DNA from: Macrostomum lignano | Taxonomy: Eukaryota | Assembly: GCA_002269645.1 (NCBI GenBank) | Contig: NIVC01000521.1 | Span: forward strand, 310,001 to 374,000 | Length of the DNA stretch: 64,000 bases | Direction of reading: 5' to 3' | Part shown: one piece after another, positions 13,049-24,844 of the stretch | Numbering within the stretch: position 1 is the stretch's first letter | Layout: every line of letters starts with the position of its first letter | Program-made: the position numbers and the translations under genes | The notes under the pieces: generated by a model | The model's database searches: none | The model's input: only the letters and a program-made list of their open reading frames with translations | Told to the model about the DNA's origin: nothing

Positions 13049-13552
13049 CGGTCGCGAAATTTCTCTGGCGGAGTAGGAGCGGAGCCGGCTCGATTGAAGC
13101 CGTCCGAAATTAAGGACGATAAAGCTGATTTGCAAGCACTTCTTCACAACAACATGAGGCACTCAAGGTGCAGTAATCGGTGCCTACGAAAGGAAAAAAA
13201 CGGCTCTATGAAATGTCGATACAAATATCCGCGAGATTTGCAGACAAAGACTGTCGCCAAAAAGCTGTCGAGTTTAAACTGGAAGGTTGAGACGCAGCGC
13301 AACGACCAATATATTGGCATGTACAATCCTCAAGTACTGTGCATGTGGAGAGCTAACCTAGACATTCAGATGATTTCTTCGGCCAAAGATTTGATTCGCT
13401 ATTTGATCAAGTATGCAAGCAAAGGAGAGAAGGAATCGGAGCAGTTGCAAGAGTTGAATCGTCGCTATCTTTCTATGGAGCAGCAACGCCGGAGTCAGTG
13501 GACATTGATAATGCAGCAGAAAATGATAATAACAGCAGCAACAGCAGCATGA
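13049..13552 (+). CDS. RepHel protein part 2 (frameshifted): Rep motif 3 with catalytic tyrosines
   Basis: Open frame 13049-13552: RHSRCSNRCLRK..CRYKYP..RNDQYIGMYNP..WRANLDIQ..YLIKYASK (Y..KY at 13400-13414). Confidence 0.85.
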   Translation, partial: RSRNFSGGVGAEPARLKPSEIKDDKADLQALLHNNMRHSRCSNRCLRKEKNGSMKCRYKYPRDLQTKTVAKKLSSLNWKVETQRNDQYIGMYNPQVLCMWRANLDIQMISSAKDLIRYLIKYASKGEKESEQLQELNRRYLSMEQQRRSQWTLIMQQKMIITAATAA

Positions 13553-13561
13553 CGAGTATAG

Positions 13562-16033
13562 CGAACAAATACTGCACGTCGCATTGTTCAGCAGCACTTG
13601 ATGATGCAAGTTGGAGCGCGCGACTATTCAGCACAAGAGGCTATGCATCTGGTATTACAGACACCGATGTACAAGGCGTCGCGAGAGTTTGTCTACGTTC
13701 AAACTGGCGAGACTAGAGCGATTGAGAGTCGAGGCGTTTGCAAGAATAGTATTGAAAAGTACGCAAATCGGCCGGCACAATTGGAGAATGAGACAATGTA
13801 TCGATTCTTTTCGGACTATATTCCCCCGATGCGTCAACAAAGACGCGGTGGTGAACAAGTTGCCGTCTACAAGAAGCGACTAGCGGGCAAGGAAGCAGTT
13901 TTGATTGTGAGTCCGTTTTTGCGCTCAACAGAAAGCGACGATAAACGGCGCGAACAATACTATCGGCAGCAGGTACTACTGTGGAGCTGTTGGCGAACCG
14001 AAGAGCAAGCAAAGGGATCGCATGCAAGCTGGCGCGAGGCCTACGAGGCGATGATGCAAACGGAAGCGTGTCAGCTGGTTGTGCGCGATTTGGACGACCT
14101 GCGCAACGATGAAGCCGACGAGGAGGAACGCGAAGCAGTCGCCGATTTGCCAGACATGACTGCCGCGAATGCCGAATCAGTTGCTGGTCCAGCTTATCCG
14201 GAGCGTCAGCAAGAGGATTGGATGGCAGCACTGGGTGCAAAGCATGCGGACATTCAGCTGAATGTCAACAAGAATCCGGAAGACACTCTGCCAGTTGCGC
14301 CAGAAGGTTTCGATTGGAGTGCTGCTTCAGATTGGCAATTTCCGAGTCTGGCAGAGGCAAAGCAGTTTTTAATGACCGAACTGACTAAGCCTGTTAGACG
14401 TGTAGCTGGAATTACCACCGAAGATGGTGCAGGCGCTAATCGTCAAACGATTGACGTTTCACTGCTGAATGAGAGACAGCGGAAGCTCTACGACATGATT
14501 GACAATCAATTGAAGCTTGAACGGCTGGCCGAAAGTGACACTACTAACAATAGTACTGAGTCGGGAAAGATGCCTCCACCACTGCGAGTAATTTTGTATG
14601 GCAGCGCTGGAACAGGCAAGAGTTTTCTGATTGCTGCACTACGAAAATTGATTGGCGAGGACAAGTGCAAAGTAATGGCACCGACTGGTGTGGCTGCGTT
14701 CAACATTGCTGGCGAGACACTGCATTCAGCGTTGAAGTTGAACGTAAAGTTTTCGACTACGGCGTGTACTACTAATGCTGACGGTTCAACGACTTCGGGC
14801 AGCAGCAAGGCATTGTCAGACATGCAATCGGTATGGTCAAACGTGCGCTACATAATCATTGACGAGTTTAGCATGGTTGGCCAAAGGACACTGGCAAAGG
14901 TGCACAACCGTCTGTGCGAACTGTTTCCTGAGGAGAAGCGAGACACGCTTGAAGAAGGATATTTCGGCGGACGGTCAATCATTTTGGTTGGCGATGTGTT
15001 TCAGCTGCCTCCCGTGCAAGACAAACAGCTGTACGTGTTTAACAAGAATGCCAAAGATAATTTGACACCGATTGGCTATCAAGTGTATCAGAGTTTCAAA
15101 ACGGTTGTTTATCTAAACAAGCAGGTGCGTCAAGCAAATGACACAGAGTTTGCCAGCATTCTAGAGTCTCTTCGCGAAGGCAAAGTAACCGAAGCCATTT
15201 GGAAGACTGTAATGGACAAGTGTCAAGTAGCAGCTGCAGACATGCTACCGCTAGATGTTGATGGCAAATGCACGCTATTGTACCACACAAATGAAGATGT
15301 GTCTAATGCAAACTGTGAAGAGCTGCGAAAAATTGTCGATGATAACAATCCGGTGCGGATAATCAATGCAACTTGTACTGGAAGGCAACCGCTGACTGGC
15401 AACAATGCTACTGATAGTAGCAAGCAGAAATCGGAGACAGGCCTAGCCAGGCGACTATTTCTGGCGATTGGAGCCCGCGTGATGTTGACTCGGAACCTAT
15501 CTGTGCAAAATGGCCTGGTGAATGGCTCGGTTGGTACGGTTCGTGGCATCTGCTATGCAAATGGAAAAAAGCCGCCAAATGATTTGCCCGATTGCGTTTG
15601 GGTTGAATTCGAGCGCTACAATGGCCCGGCAATGCAAGCCATGCGGCTGACCAGAGGAGATGGTAGTAGCAGCAGCAGCAGCAGCGAGTGTGCGTCATCA
15701 GTTTCTGTTGTGCCAATTCTGCCAGTGTCGAGCCAGTGGCTTCAGCGAGGCGCCAGCTTGTCGAGACATCAGTTTCCGCTGAGGCTAGCCTGGGCAATCA
15801 CTATTCACAAGTCGCAAGGCCTAACGATTGACAAGGCGTTTGTACAGCTGGGTAAGGGCCGCAAGTCGCCGCCAGCAGGTCTGTACTACACTGCCGTGAG
15901 TAGAGTTCGTGCCTTGTCTGATCTGTTTGTTACCTGTTGCGATTTCGTTAGATTTCAGCGCCTATTTTCTACAGGTGGTATTCTGGCACAGGTAAATGAG
16001 CAGAAGCGTTTATTAGCTTTGTGCGAGAAATGA
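13562..16033 (+). CDS. RepHel protein part 3: PIF1-family SF1B helicase
   Basis: RDYSAQEA motif; Walker A GSAGTGKS 14600-14623; Walker B IIIDEFSM; motif III GDVFQLPPV; VRQ; AWAITIHKSQGLT; YTAVSRV; stop TGA 16031-16033. No AP-endonuclease ORF follows. Confidence 0.95.
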   Translation, partial: RTNTARRIVQQHLMMQVGARDYSAQEAMHLVLQTPMYKASREFVYVQTGETRAIESRGVCKNSIEKYANRPAQLENETMYRFFSDYIPPMRQQRRGGEQVAVYKKRLAGKEAVLIVSPFLRSTESDDKRREQYYRQQVLLWSCWRTEEQAKGSHASWREAYEAMMQTEACQLVVRDLDDLRNDEADEEEREAVADLPDMTAANAESVAGPAYPERQQEDWMAALGAKHADIQLNVNKNPEDTLPVAPEGFDWSAASDWQFPSLAEAKQFLMTELTKPVRRVAGITTEDGAGANRQTIDVSLLNERQRKLYDMIDNQLKLERLAESDTTNNSTESGKMPPPLRVILYGSAGTGKSFLIAALRKLIGEDKCKVMAPTGVAAFNIAGETLHSALKLNVKFSTTACTTNADGSTTSGSSKALSDMQSVWSNVRYIIIDEFSMVGQRTLAKVHNRLCELFPEEKRDTLEEGYFGGRSIILVGDVFQLPPVQDKQLYVFNKNAKDNLTPIGYQVYQSFKTVVYLNKQVRQANDTEFASILESLREGKVTEAIWKTVMDKCQVAAADMLPLDVDGKCTLLYHTNEDVSNANCEELRKIVDDNNPVRIINATCTGRQPLTGNNATDSSKQKSETGLARRLFLAIGARVMLTRNLSVQNGLVNGSVGTVRGICYANGKKPPNDLPDCVWVEFERYNGPAMQAMRLTRGDGSSSSSSSECASSVSVVPILPVSSQWLQRGASLSRHQFPLRLAWAITIHKSQGLTIDKAFVQLGKGRKSPPAGLYYTAVSRVRALSDLFVTCCDFVRFQRLFSTGGILAQVNEQKRLLALCEK

Positions 16034-16329
16034 GCCAGCAGCAATTGGCGTTGTCGATATTATAGTAATGTAGTTATTAGTCACTCGGTTTTGAGTGGGT
16101 GTTACGCGCAGCGAAAATCTAGCGTTGACGTTCTACACAGCAGACATGGCAATATTGCGTTTATTTACATCACTACTAGAAAGTAGTCGCCTACCATGCA
16201 AGGTTAGATTTTTCTGCGCATAATCTTATGCCTATTGTCAACGCTAGTGCATGGTGGGCCAGGATTTTAGAAATTTATATAAGTCGTTGATAATGGAATT
16301 CTATTCCATTGCCTGGCCTCATTAATTAT

Positions 16330-17150
16330 GAGTGTCAAGGCGGTCTACTGTGCATGTGGTTGCTCTTGTTTAGCACAAATTCTCTTGCATTCTGCAGGCT
16401 GTGATAATTTCAGCAGACAGAATAGTGTGTTAAGCATTCGCGCCTTAGAAGGTGGGCAATCGTGAGGTGAAAAGCTTTCCTAGCTGTGATATAGTATACT
16501 GTTCGGATAGATAGGTTTATGCACAGTAGGCAATGCAGTACTGCGGTATATAGCTTAGGAAAGTTGAAATGTGTGCCAAATGATTAAATAATTGCCTCTG
16601 CTCATTAAGTATGGGCAGTATGGCGGTCTACTGTGCACTTTGTTCGCCCTTGTGTGACACACCACTATTGCGTTTTGCCTACTGATAATGTGACACTATT
16701 TAAACGTTATCCAGTTAACAAGATGCGTGTCACTCATGCGCCTTAGAAGGTGGGCGTTCGAATTTCATAAAGTTTATACTAGAATTGCCGACGATAGTGC
16801 ACAGTAGACAATGCAGTACTGCGGAGATACGACTCTCGATTATTTGCCTAGACTCATTAGGTATGAGTACTATGGCGGCTTGCTATGCACGTGGTTGCCT
16901 TCAGGTGGGCAATCGATTTTATGGTTTAAATACCAGAACTTTAATGTCGGCCTTAGTTTGTGCATAGCAGGCACTGCAATATTGCGACGGCCTATGGCCT
17001 AGGTAGGAAACAAATTGCCGTGGCTCATTAGAATGAGTTCATTGGCGGTCTGCTGTGTAGGTGGTTGCAGTTGGGCAGCAGCACAGTATACTGTTGTATT
17101 CAGCATGCAGAAAAGTGTGCTGCCCATTCGCCTTAGGCGTGCAATCGTTA
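16330..17150 (+). repeat. Degenerate ~170-280 bp tandem repeats downstream of the helicase
   Basis: GGCGG(T/C)..CT.TG..G.GGTTGC-like blocks near 16339, 16622, 16875, 17044; CGCCTTAGAAGGTGGGC near 16441 and 16739; GCACAGTAG.CAATGCAGTACTGCGG near 16521 and 16799. Confidence 0.7.
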
Positions 17151-18179
17151 TTAATCTATTGGTGAATTGGCTGCGCGTAACATCGCCCGCAAAATGTGCA
17201 GTAAAGGTCCGTCAAAGTGTGAGCGGCATCGTTTGGCATTGCTTTGATATTGCTTAAAGAAATAATAGTTTGCCTGCCAAACAAAAAGGCTATTTTACTT
17301 TTGAAATATTTATGATTGATAAAATATCCTCTTCTACCGACTAGCTATTCGATGCACGACGCTTTGAGTTTTAGACACAGTCTTTTACGAGCTATTTGAA
17401 AAAATGTTTTAAACAGCTGCTTTATGAACTATTATGAATACAACTGTGTCTAATTATGGACTTATCACGCAAAGTTGCCCTGCCTTATCCAGGCATGCAA
17501 CGTGATCATCTGTTTACTGCAAAGTCGTATCCAATGGCTTCACGAGCCTGCGGGTGTTAAGCCGTTCTTTAGAAGTCAAGAGTCTATAATAGTTTTTATG
17601 TTCTGTGAAACATGTTAAAACTCTTGTCTCTAAATTTTGGCAACAGAATTGGAACGACGCAAGTGTATTTAATGACTTTTGATTAGTTTTAATCCACTAT
17701 TAGACTGATTTCTGATCGAATAGTGCAAGTTTGAAGAAAATCGGTTCACACAATGTCAAGTTAAGCCAAAATTTGTATAGATAGATACATAGGTTGGTAG
17801 ATAGTTCTATTTTTAGTATAACTGATGAATGATGATGATTAGTCATTTGGTTTGTATTTTCTGCTTTCAGATGTCAAATTTTTATTTTTACTTTGGCCGC
17901 GAAGTATAAATTTAAATTTTTACACTACAGTGCCCAACACTGCCAATATGCACGGGACAATAGGGTAATTTTGTCATTTTGACATTTTGTAATTTTGCAA
18001 TTTCCTAACTATATTGAATGGTGCTTCGGCATGCTTGCCATATCGCTCATTAGTCTGCAATCTTCCCAGTTATTCCCGTAAAAATAAATTGAGGATTTTG
18101 CCAGTTTTTGTATTGCTAAAATTATTAATTGTTATAGCTGTTAATAGTATGAAATTTTCCATACTAGAGATGCATGCAA

Positions 18180-18520
18180 AATAGAGATGAGAGCGCAGAG
18201 AGGAGAGATGAGAGATGGGAGATGATTGATAAGAAAATAAAAGTAGAGATGAGAGAGGAGATGAGAGCAGAGAGAAGAGATTAGATAAAGTAGCAAAGAG
18301 GAGAGAGGAGACAGTAGAGAGTCTCAGTCTGGACTATGGCAGTCAATTTTTGCAACCAGGGAAAACATGCTATAAGAGCGCAGAAAGGAGCGATAAGAGA
18401 GTAGAGATGAGAGATTAGAGATGAGATGAGAAATGATAGATAAACGAGCAGATGAGAGCAGAGAGGAGATAGGAGAGATTAGAGATGAGAGAGCAAAGAG
18501 GAGAGAGGGACAGACGAGAG
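18180..18520 (+). repeat. GA-rich low-complexity tract
   Basis: (GAGAT/GAGAG)n-like purine run, with a duplicated GAGTCTCAGTCTGGAC..TGGCAG..GTCAATTTTTGCAA block near 18318 and 18517. Confidence 0.8.
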
Positions 18521-20934
18521 TCTCAGTCTGGACAATGGCAGGCAGTCAATTTTTGCAAACAGGTTAAACAACATGGTTTTTGGGAGGTTAATAGAGGATT
18601 TGGAGAGGATTTGGACGATGGGATATTTACTGGTGACTTTCTGCGTCTAATTATTATTAATCTAAGTATAATGTAAATTTAATTTGAGCTGTTTTTAAAT
18701 GCATATATATATTAGTTACTGTGCTGAGCAGTCAGCTTCGGGAAGAACCTGAAAAAAATTGAATATTGTCTTCTTCTTTCAAATCTTTTATGGACCAACT
18801 GAATTTAGAGATACAGATCGATAGAGTAATTAGCGCTGAATACGGGTTTTGCCATAGACTAATTTGGTCGGAAAAATCAGATCTCGCCGAGACTGAATTG
18901 TGCACTATTTATTTTGGATATTTGGCGTAAGGTATTTAGGATTTGGAAATATTGGTCACTAAGATGTATTTTAGCAGTAAATATATAACTGCAATTTATG
19001 TTTGCTGTATAAATATTTTTTATTATTATATTCAAACAGTCTATGTATAAACTTTGTTTAAATTAAATTAAAAATGTAACCCATTAAGCTTCTTAGTTCT
19101 TAATTTAGGTCAAAGCTGTAAAAGTTACAAACATAATAAACCATCGTCCCACCTTTGAAGACGACAGCGTCTTCATTCACTAGTTGTGGGACGATGAGCC
19201 AGTAAGTAGTATAGAAAAAAAGGCGAGCGAAGCGAGAATTTTTTTCTATACTGCTTACTTTTGCGAAATCGTCCCTGATAAGATGTAACGTGGTTGCACA
19301 CACTAAAAATGACGTTTTTCAACTTTTAAACGCTGCCAATAAAAAACGGTACGACCAATTTACAAACGGTTTTTGCCAAAATGTGTCAAAGACCTAGCGC
19401 TATCGGATGCACAATAGTTGGTTGCCATGGCAATGCGTTTTGGTTGCCATTGCAACCAAAAACTGCGTTTTTTCGACTTTGTCAAAAACTTTGATCTCAA
19501 AAAATAAGGATTGAGAATATGGCAGCGCTTAGCGGGCTGGCTCAGTAAACGCGGGCATTCGAACGCTACAATGATCAGAAATGGATTTTTTTATTGTACT
19601 TTAACGTCTAGGCTAAAAGTACAAAAAACGTGTTTTTTTGAGGTTGAAAAATTGGCATTTTTTTCAACTTTGCCTCACCGCAGCGAAAAGGACGCGCGAT
19701 AGCGCGGCCTTTGAGCTGCCTCATAGCGTCAATAACACCTGGGGCTGTTTGATGCGCTATAGTTTTTAGGGCTAAAATGTACTTTTCACATGGCTGCCTA
19801 TCTGCTGTTTAAAAGTACAAATTTTTAGTGCACTTTTGTGAGGCCTATGGCGTCGAGATGGAAAACTTTATTTTTGCTGTTTTGTATACCAAATAACTCA
19901 AATGGATGTCTTTTAATCGGAAACATCGAGATTTGGCCGATTGGGCCATCAATAACCTGCCCAGGTGCCAAAGAGTGCCTAAAAACGACATTTTCGAAAA
20001 ATTGGGTCACGTTTTAAAAAAGTAGTCCTCAAACTTGAAAAAGTGTTTTATGCTACAGTGTTGAGACTTTAATACGACGTGTCAAACATATGGAAATTTG
20101 TTTTCCTAAATTTTCTAAGCATTTGGACCTACCTGTGCTGAGCAGTGACCCGGAAACCAGGGAAAAAAGAGGCCGGGGGGCACTGCAGAAAATCAGACGT
20201 TGTTAAGGAAATTTTTTTAAAATGGGGCAAAGTTTTTCGAGTATGGCGTCAAATTGTAGCCTATCGGATGCCCTTTTGAATGACATAAAACACTCCTGAA
20301 AAAACCTCTGTTAACAGGTACTTTTTACCTGTTAAGTGAAAAACGGCCCATTCGGGGGTACAAACTTTGAAGTCGAAAAATAAGAATTTTTGCGCACCGA
20401 TTTTTCTGCATTTTCAATATTGTTTAGTCGAATAGCTAAAGTTACACCGGTCATACGCCAATATGGCTGGAAAATTCGTATTTTTGAGAAAATTGGCTCC
20501 GAATTTTTAGAAGGCTATTTTTGGGCAAATTTTGAGCATACTTTTGCTAATAACTCTGCATTGGCAAGGCCTAGAGACTCAATTTTGGTGTCTAAAAACA
20601 GCACTATGGATGCACTGTGCAACTAAATTAGTTTTGAAAACTGATTCTTAAGTTAATAGGTCTTAATACCTGTTTGAATACCTGTCAGAACAGGTGAAAA
20701 TGCACAATTTGGCGCCTAGGAGGCGTAAAATTTGTTGACATACTTTAAAAATGCATTAGATGAATGCGCCTTGATGTTATCTCTGTAACGACATGCAACT
20801 CGCATTTTTAGATGAAGGCGCTGCGATGCAGCGAGCAGAAATGTATGAAAAAGCAGCAAAAATCGTAAAAGTGGCTACCATAGGGAATATTCGATATAAA
20901 GGGCGTGCACTGTAGAGCTTCGCTTAAGCAAGAG

Positions 20935-21012
20935 ATGGATCGGGGCCGAAGGCAGTTGCTTTGTAAATGGCCTAAACACGGGTTCGAATCCCAAGTGGGC
21001 CAAGTTTTTTTT
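20935..21012 (+). promoter_or_regulatory. tRNA-like Pol III cassette (B box + oligo-T) in the element arm; also at ~1445-1520, ~3225-3305, ~26595-26670
   Basis: GGTTCGAATC(C) at 1492, 3274, 20981, 26640, each followed ~12-15 nt later by a T run; A-box-like TGGCGCGGTGG in the 3.2-kb copy; TATAAA upstream. Does not fold into a full cloverleaf by eye. Confidence 0.5.
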
Positions 21013-21410
21013 TTAAATTTAATTTTTTTAGCAGGAACGGATTTATTAGTATTTTCAATTCTCTTTCACTTGAATATAATTTAATATTGATTGTTTAATT
21101 TTCATTTCCTTCTATACCTTATTAAAGAGTAAGAGTGAAGCTGAAAGTGCGGCACAGATGATTTGTTAGTGCAGAAAAAATATTACGATACATATCGGCA
21201 AGTATCATGTGTTGCGCGGTCGCCAAAGGCTTACAAGCAGTTTTAGCATGCTAAAAAGATGTGTTAGAGGTGAGAAGAGTTGCGGAGGGGTGGGGTGGGG
21301 GAGCGGGGGTGTGGGGGCGGCAGCCCCCACGTTACGCAAACCCCACAACAACAACCACCCTCCCCAACAACAACGCGCGGGAGGGGTGGGGGAGCGGGGG
21401 TGTGGGGGCG

Positions 21411-24400
21411 GCCAGCCCCCCACTATACCACTAGAAAAACTAATGCCAGGGGCGTGGGGGCGGCCAGCCCCCACTATACCACTAGACTAACTAATGCCAG
21501 GGGCGTGGGGGGCGGCTAGCCCCCACTATACCACTATACCACTAGACTAACTAATGCCAGGGGCGTGGGGGGCGGCCAGCCCCCCACTATACCACTAGAA
21601 AAACTAATGCCAGGGGCGTGGGGGGCGGCTAGCCCCCTACTATACCACAAGACTAACTAATGCCAGGGGCGTGGGGGCGGCCAGCCCCCACTATACCACT
21701 AGACTAACTAATGCCAGGGGCGTGGGGGGCGGCCAGCCCCCCACTATACCACTAGACTAACTAATGCCAGGGGCGTGGGGGGCGGCCAGCCCCCCACTAT
21801 ACCACTAGACTAACTAATGCCAGGGGCGTGGGGGGCGGCAAGCCCCCCCCCACTATACGAGCGTACCACTAGAAGAACTAATGCCAGGGGCGTGGGGGCG
21901 GCTAGCCCCCACTATACCACTAGACTAACTAATGCCAGGGGTGTGGGGGCGGCCAGCCCCCACTATACCACTAGACTAACTAATGCCAGGGGCGTGGGGG
22001 GCGGCCAGCCCCCCACTATACCACTAGACTAACTAATGCCAGGGGCGTGGGGGGCGGCAAGCCCCCACTATACGAGCGTACCACTAGACTAACTAATGCC
22101 AGGGGCGTGGGGGCGGCCAGCCCCCACTATACCACTAGACTAACTAATGCCAGGGGCGTGGGGGGCGGCCAGCCCCCCACTATACCACTAGACTAACTAA
22201 TGCCAGGGGCGTGGGGGCGGCCAGCCCCCACTACACCACTAGACTAACTAATGCCAGGGGCGTGGGGGCGGCCAGCCCCCCACTATACCACTAGACTAAC
22301 TAATGCCAGGGGCGTGGGGGGCGGCAAGCCCCCCCCACTATACGAGCGTACCACTAGAAGAACTAATGCCAGGGGCGTGGGGGGCGGCTAGCCCCCACTA
22401 TACCACTAGACTAACTAATGCCAGGGGCGTGGGGGGCGGCCAGCCCCCACTATACCACTAGACTAACTAATGCCAGGGGCGTGGGGGGCGGCCAGCCCCC
22501 CACTATACCACTAGACTAACTAATGCCAGGGGCGTGGGGGCGGCCAGCCCCCCACTACACCACTAGACTAACTAATGCCAGGGGCGTGGGGGCGGCCAGC
22601 CCCCCACTATACCACTAGACTAACTAATGCCAGGGGCGTGGGGGCGGCCAGCCCCCACTATACCACTAGACTAACTAATGCCAGGGGCGTGGGGGCGGCA
22701 AGCCCCCCACTATACGAGCGTACCACTAGAAGAACTAATGCCAGGGGCGTGGGGGGCGGCTAGCCCCCACTATACCACTAGACTAACTAATGCCAGGGGT
22801 GTGGGGGCGGCCAGCCCCCCACTATACCACTAGACTAACTAATGCCAGGGGCGTGGGGGCGGCCAGCCCCCCACTATACCACTAGACTAACTAATGCCAG
22901 GGGCGTGGGGGGCGGCAGCCCCCACTATACGACGTACCACTAGAAGAACTAATGCCAGGGGCGTGGGGGCGGCTAGCCCCCACTATACCACTAGACTAAC
23001 TAATGCCAGGGGTGTGGGGGCGGCCAGCCCCCACTATACCACTAGACTAACTAATGCCAGGGGCGTGGGGGGCGGCAGCCCCCCACTATACCACTAGACT
23101 AACTAATGCCAGGGGCGTGGGGGGCGGCAAGCCCCCACTATACGAGCGTACCACTAGACTAACTAATGCCAGGGGCGTGGGGGCGGCCAGCCCCCACTAT
23201 ACCACTAGACTAACTAATGCCAGGGGCGTGGGGGCGGCCAGCCCCCCACTATACCACTAGACTAACTAATGCCAGGGGCGTGGGGGCGGCCAGCCCCCCA
23301 CTACACCACTAGACTAACTAATGCCAGGGGCGTGGGGGCGGCCAGCCCCCCACTATACCACTAGACTAACTAATGCCAGGGGCGTGGGGGCGGCAAGCCC
23401 CCCCCACTATACGAGCGTACCACTAGAAGAACTAATGCCAGGGGCGTGGGGGCGGCTAGCCCCCCACTATACCACTAGACTAACTAATGCCAGGGGCGTG
23501 GGGGCGGCCAGCCCCCACTATACCACTAGACTAACTAATGCCAGGGGCGTGGGGGCGGCCAGCCCCCCACTATACCACTAGACTAACTAATGCCAGGGGC
23601 GTGGGGGCGGCCAGCCCCCACTATACCACTAGACTAACTAATGCCAGGGCGTGGGGGCGGCCAGCCCCCACTATACCACTAGACTAACTAATGCCAGGGG
23701 CGTGGGGGGCGGCCAGCCCCCCACTATACCACTAGACTAACTAATGCCAGGGGCGTGGGGGCGGCCAGCCCCCCACTATACCACTAGACTAACTAATGCC
23801 AGGGGCGTGGGGGGCGGCCAGCCCCCACTATACCACTAGACTAACTAATGCCAGGGGCGTGGGGGCGGCCAGCCCCCCACTATACCACTAGACTAACTAA
23901 TGCCAGGGGCATGGGGGGCGGCCAGCCCCCCACTATACCACTAGACTAACTAATGCCAGGGGCGTGGGGGGCGGCCAGCCCCCCACTACACCACTAGACT
24001 AACTAATGCCAGGGGCGTGGGGGCGGCCAGCCCCCCACTATACCACTAGACTAACTAATGCCAGGGGCGTGGGGGCGGCAAGCCCCCCCCCCACTATACG
24101 AGCGTACCACTAGAAGAACTAATGCCAGGGGCGTGGGGGGCGGCTAGCCCCCCACTATACCACTAGACTAACTAATGCCAGGGGCGTGGGGGGCGGCCAG
24201 CCCCCCACTATACCACTAGACTAACTAATGCCAGGGGCGTGGGGGGCGGCCAGCCCCCCACTATACCACTAGACTAACTAATGCCAGGGGCGTGGGGGCG
24301 GCCAGCCCCCCACTATACCACTAGACTAACTAATGCCAGGGCGTGGGGGGCGGCCAGCCCCCACTATACCACTAGACTAACTAATGCCAGGGGCGTGGGG

Positions 24401-24760
24401 GGCGGCCAGCCCCCCACTATACCACTAGACTAACTAATGCCAGGGGCGTGGGGGCGGCCAGCCCCCCACTATACCACTAGACTAACTAATGCCAGGGGCG
24501 TGGGGGCGGCCAGCCCCCACTATACCACTAGACTAACTAATGCCAGGGGCGTGGGGGGCGGCCAGCCCCCCACTATACCACTAGACTAACTAATGCCAGG
24601 GGCGTGGGGGCGGCGAGCCCCCCACTATACCACTAGACTAACTAATGCCAGGGGCGTGGGGGGCGGCCAGCCCCCCACTATACCACTAGACTAACTAATG
24701 CCAGGGGCGTGGGGCGGCCAGCCCCCCCACTAGACCACTAGACTAACTAATGCCAGGGGC
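21411..24760 (+). repeat. 51-53 bp satellite array A (~64 copies)
   Basis: Unit CTATACCACTAGACTAACTAATGCCAGGGGCGTGGGGGCGGCCAGCCCCCA with variable G/C run lengths; copy number estimated from length/period. Confidence 0.97.
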
Positions 24761-24844
24761 ATATGTCATAGCCATAAAAGGATAAAAACACAATATATAA
24801 ACCATCGTCCCACCTTTGAAGACGACAGCGTCTTCATTCACTAG

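Larger units (their letters stand above)
1..19183 (+). mobile_element. Large (autonomous-type) Helentron-lineage rolling-circle transposon with proto-Helentron-like ends; 5' end lies outside the window
   Basis: Encodes Rep(HUH)+PIF1 helicase+OTU (8485-16033). 3' end: subTIR CATCGTCCCAC 19142-19152, hairpin TGAAGACG-ACAG-CGTCTTCA 19156-19175, CTAG 19180-19183. Positions 1-~1830 are homologous to the 5' arms of the two downstream units. That everything between ~3.7 kb and 19.1 kb belongs to one element is inferred. Confidence 0.75.
19184..24844 (+). mobile_element. Non-autonomous rolling-circle element unit A (5661 bp)
   Basis: Starts TT+GTGGGACGATG (19184-19196), then a 21-bp inverted repeat 19201-19221/19239-19259 with loop GGCGAGCGAAGCGAGAA. 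Ends with CATCGTCCCAC 24803-24813, hairpin 24817-24836, CTAG 24841-24844. No coding capacity; interior is the 5' arm plus a satellite array. Confidence 0.9.

Noticed and set aside
13019-13073. 55-nt intron repairing the RepHel frame
   Set aside because: Phase fits, but donor GTTGAA and acceptor GGAG are poor and it would remove a linker expected at that position; indels are more likely. Programmed frameshifting is also unsupported, as several shifts are needed.
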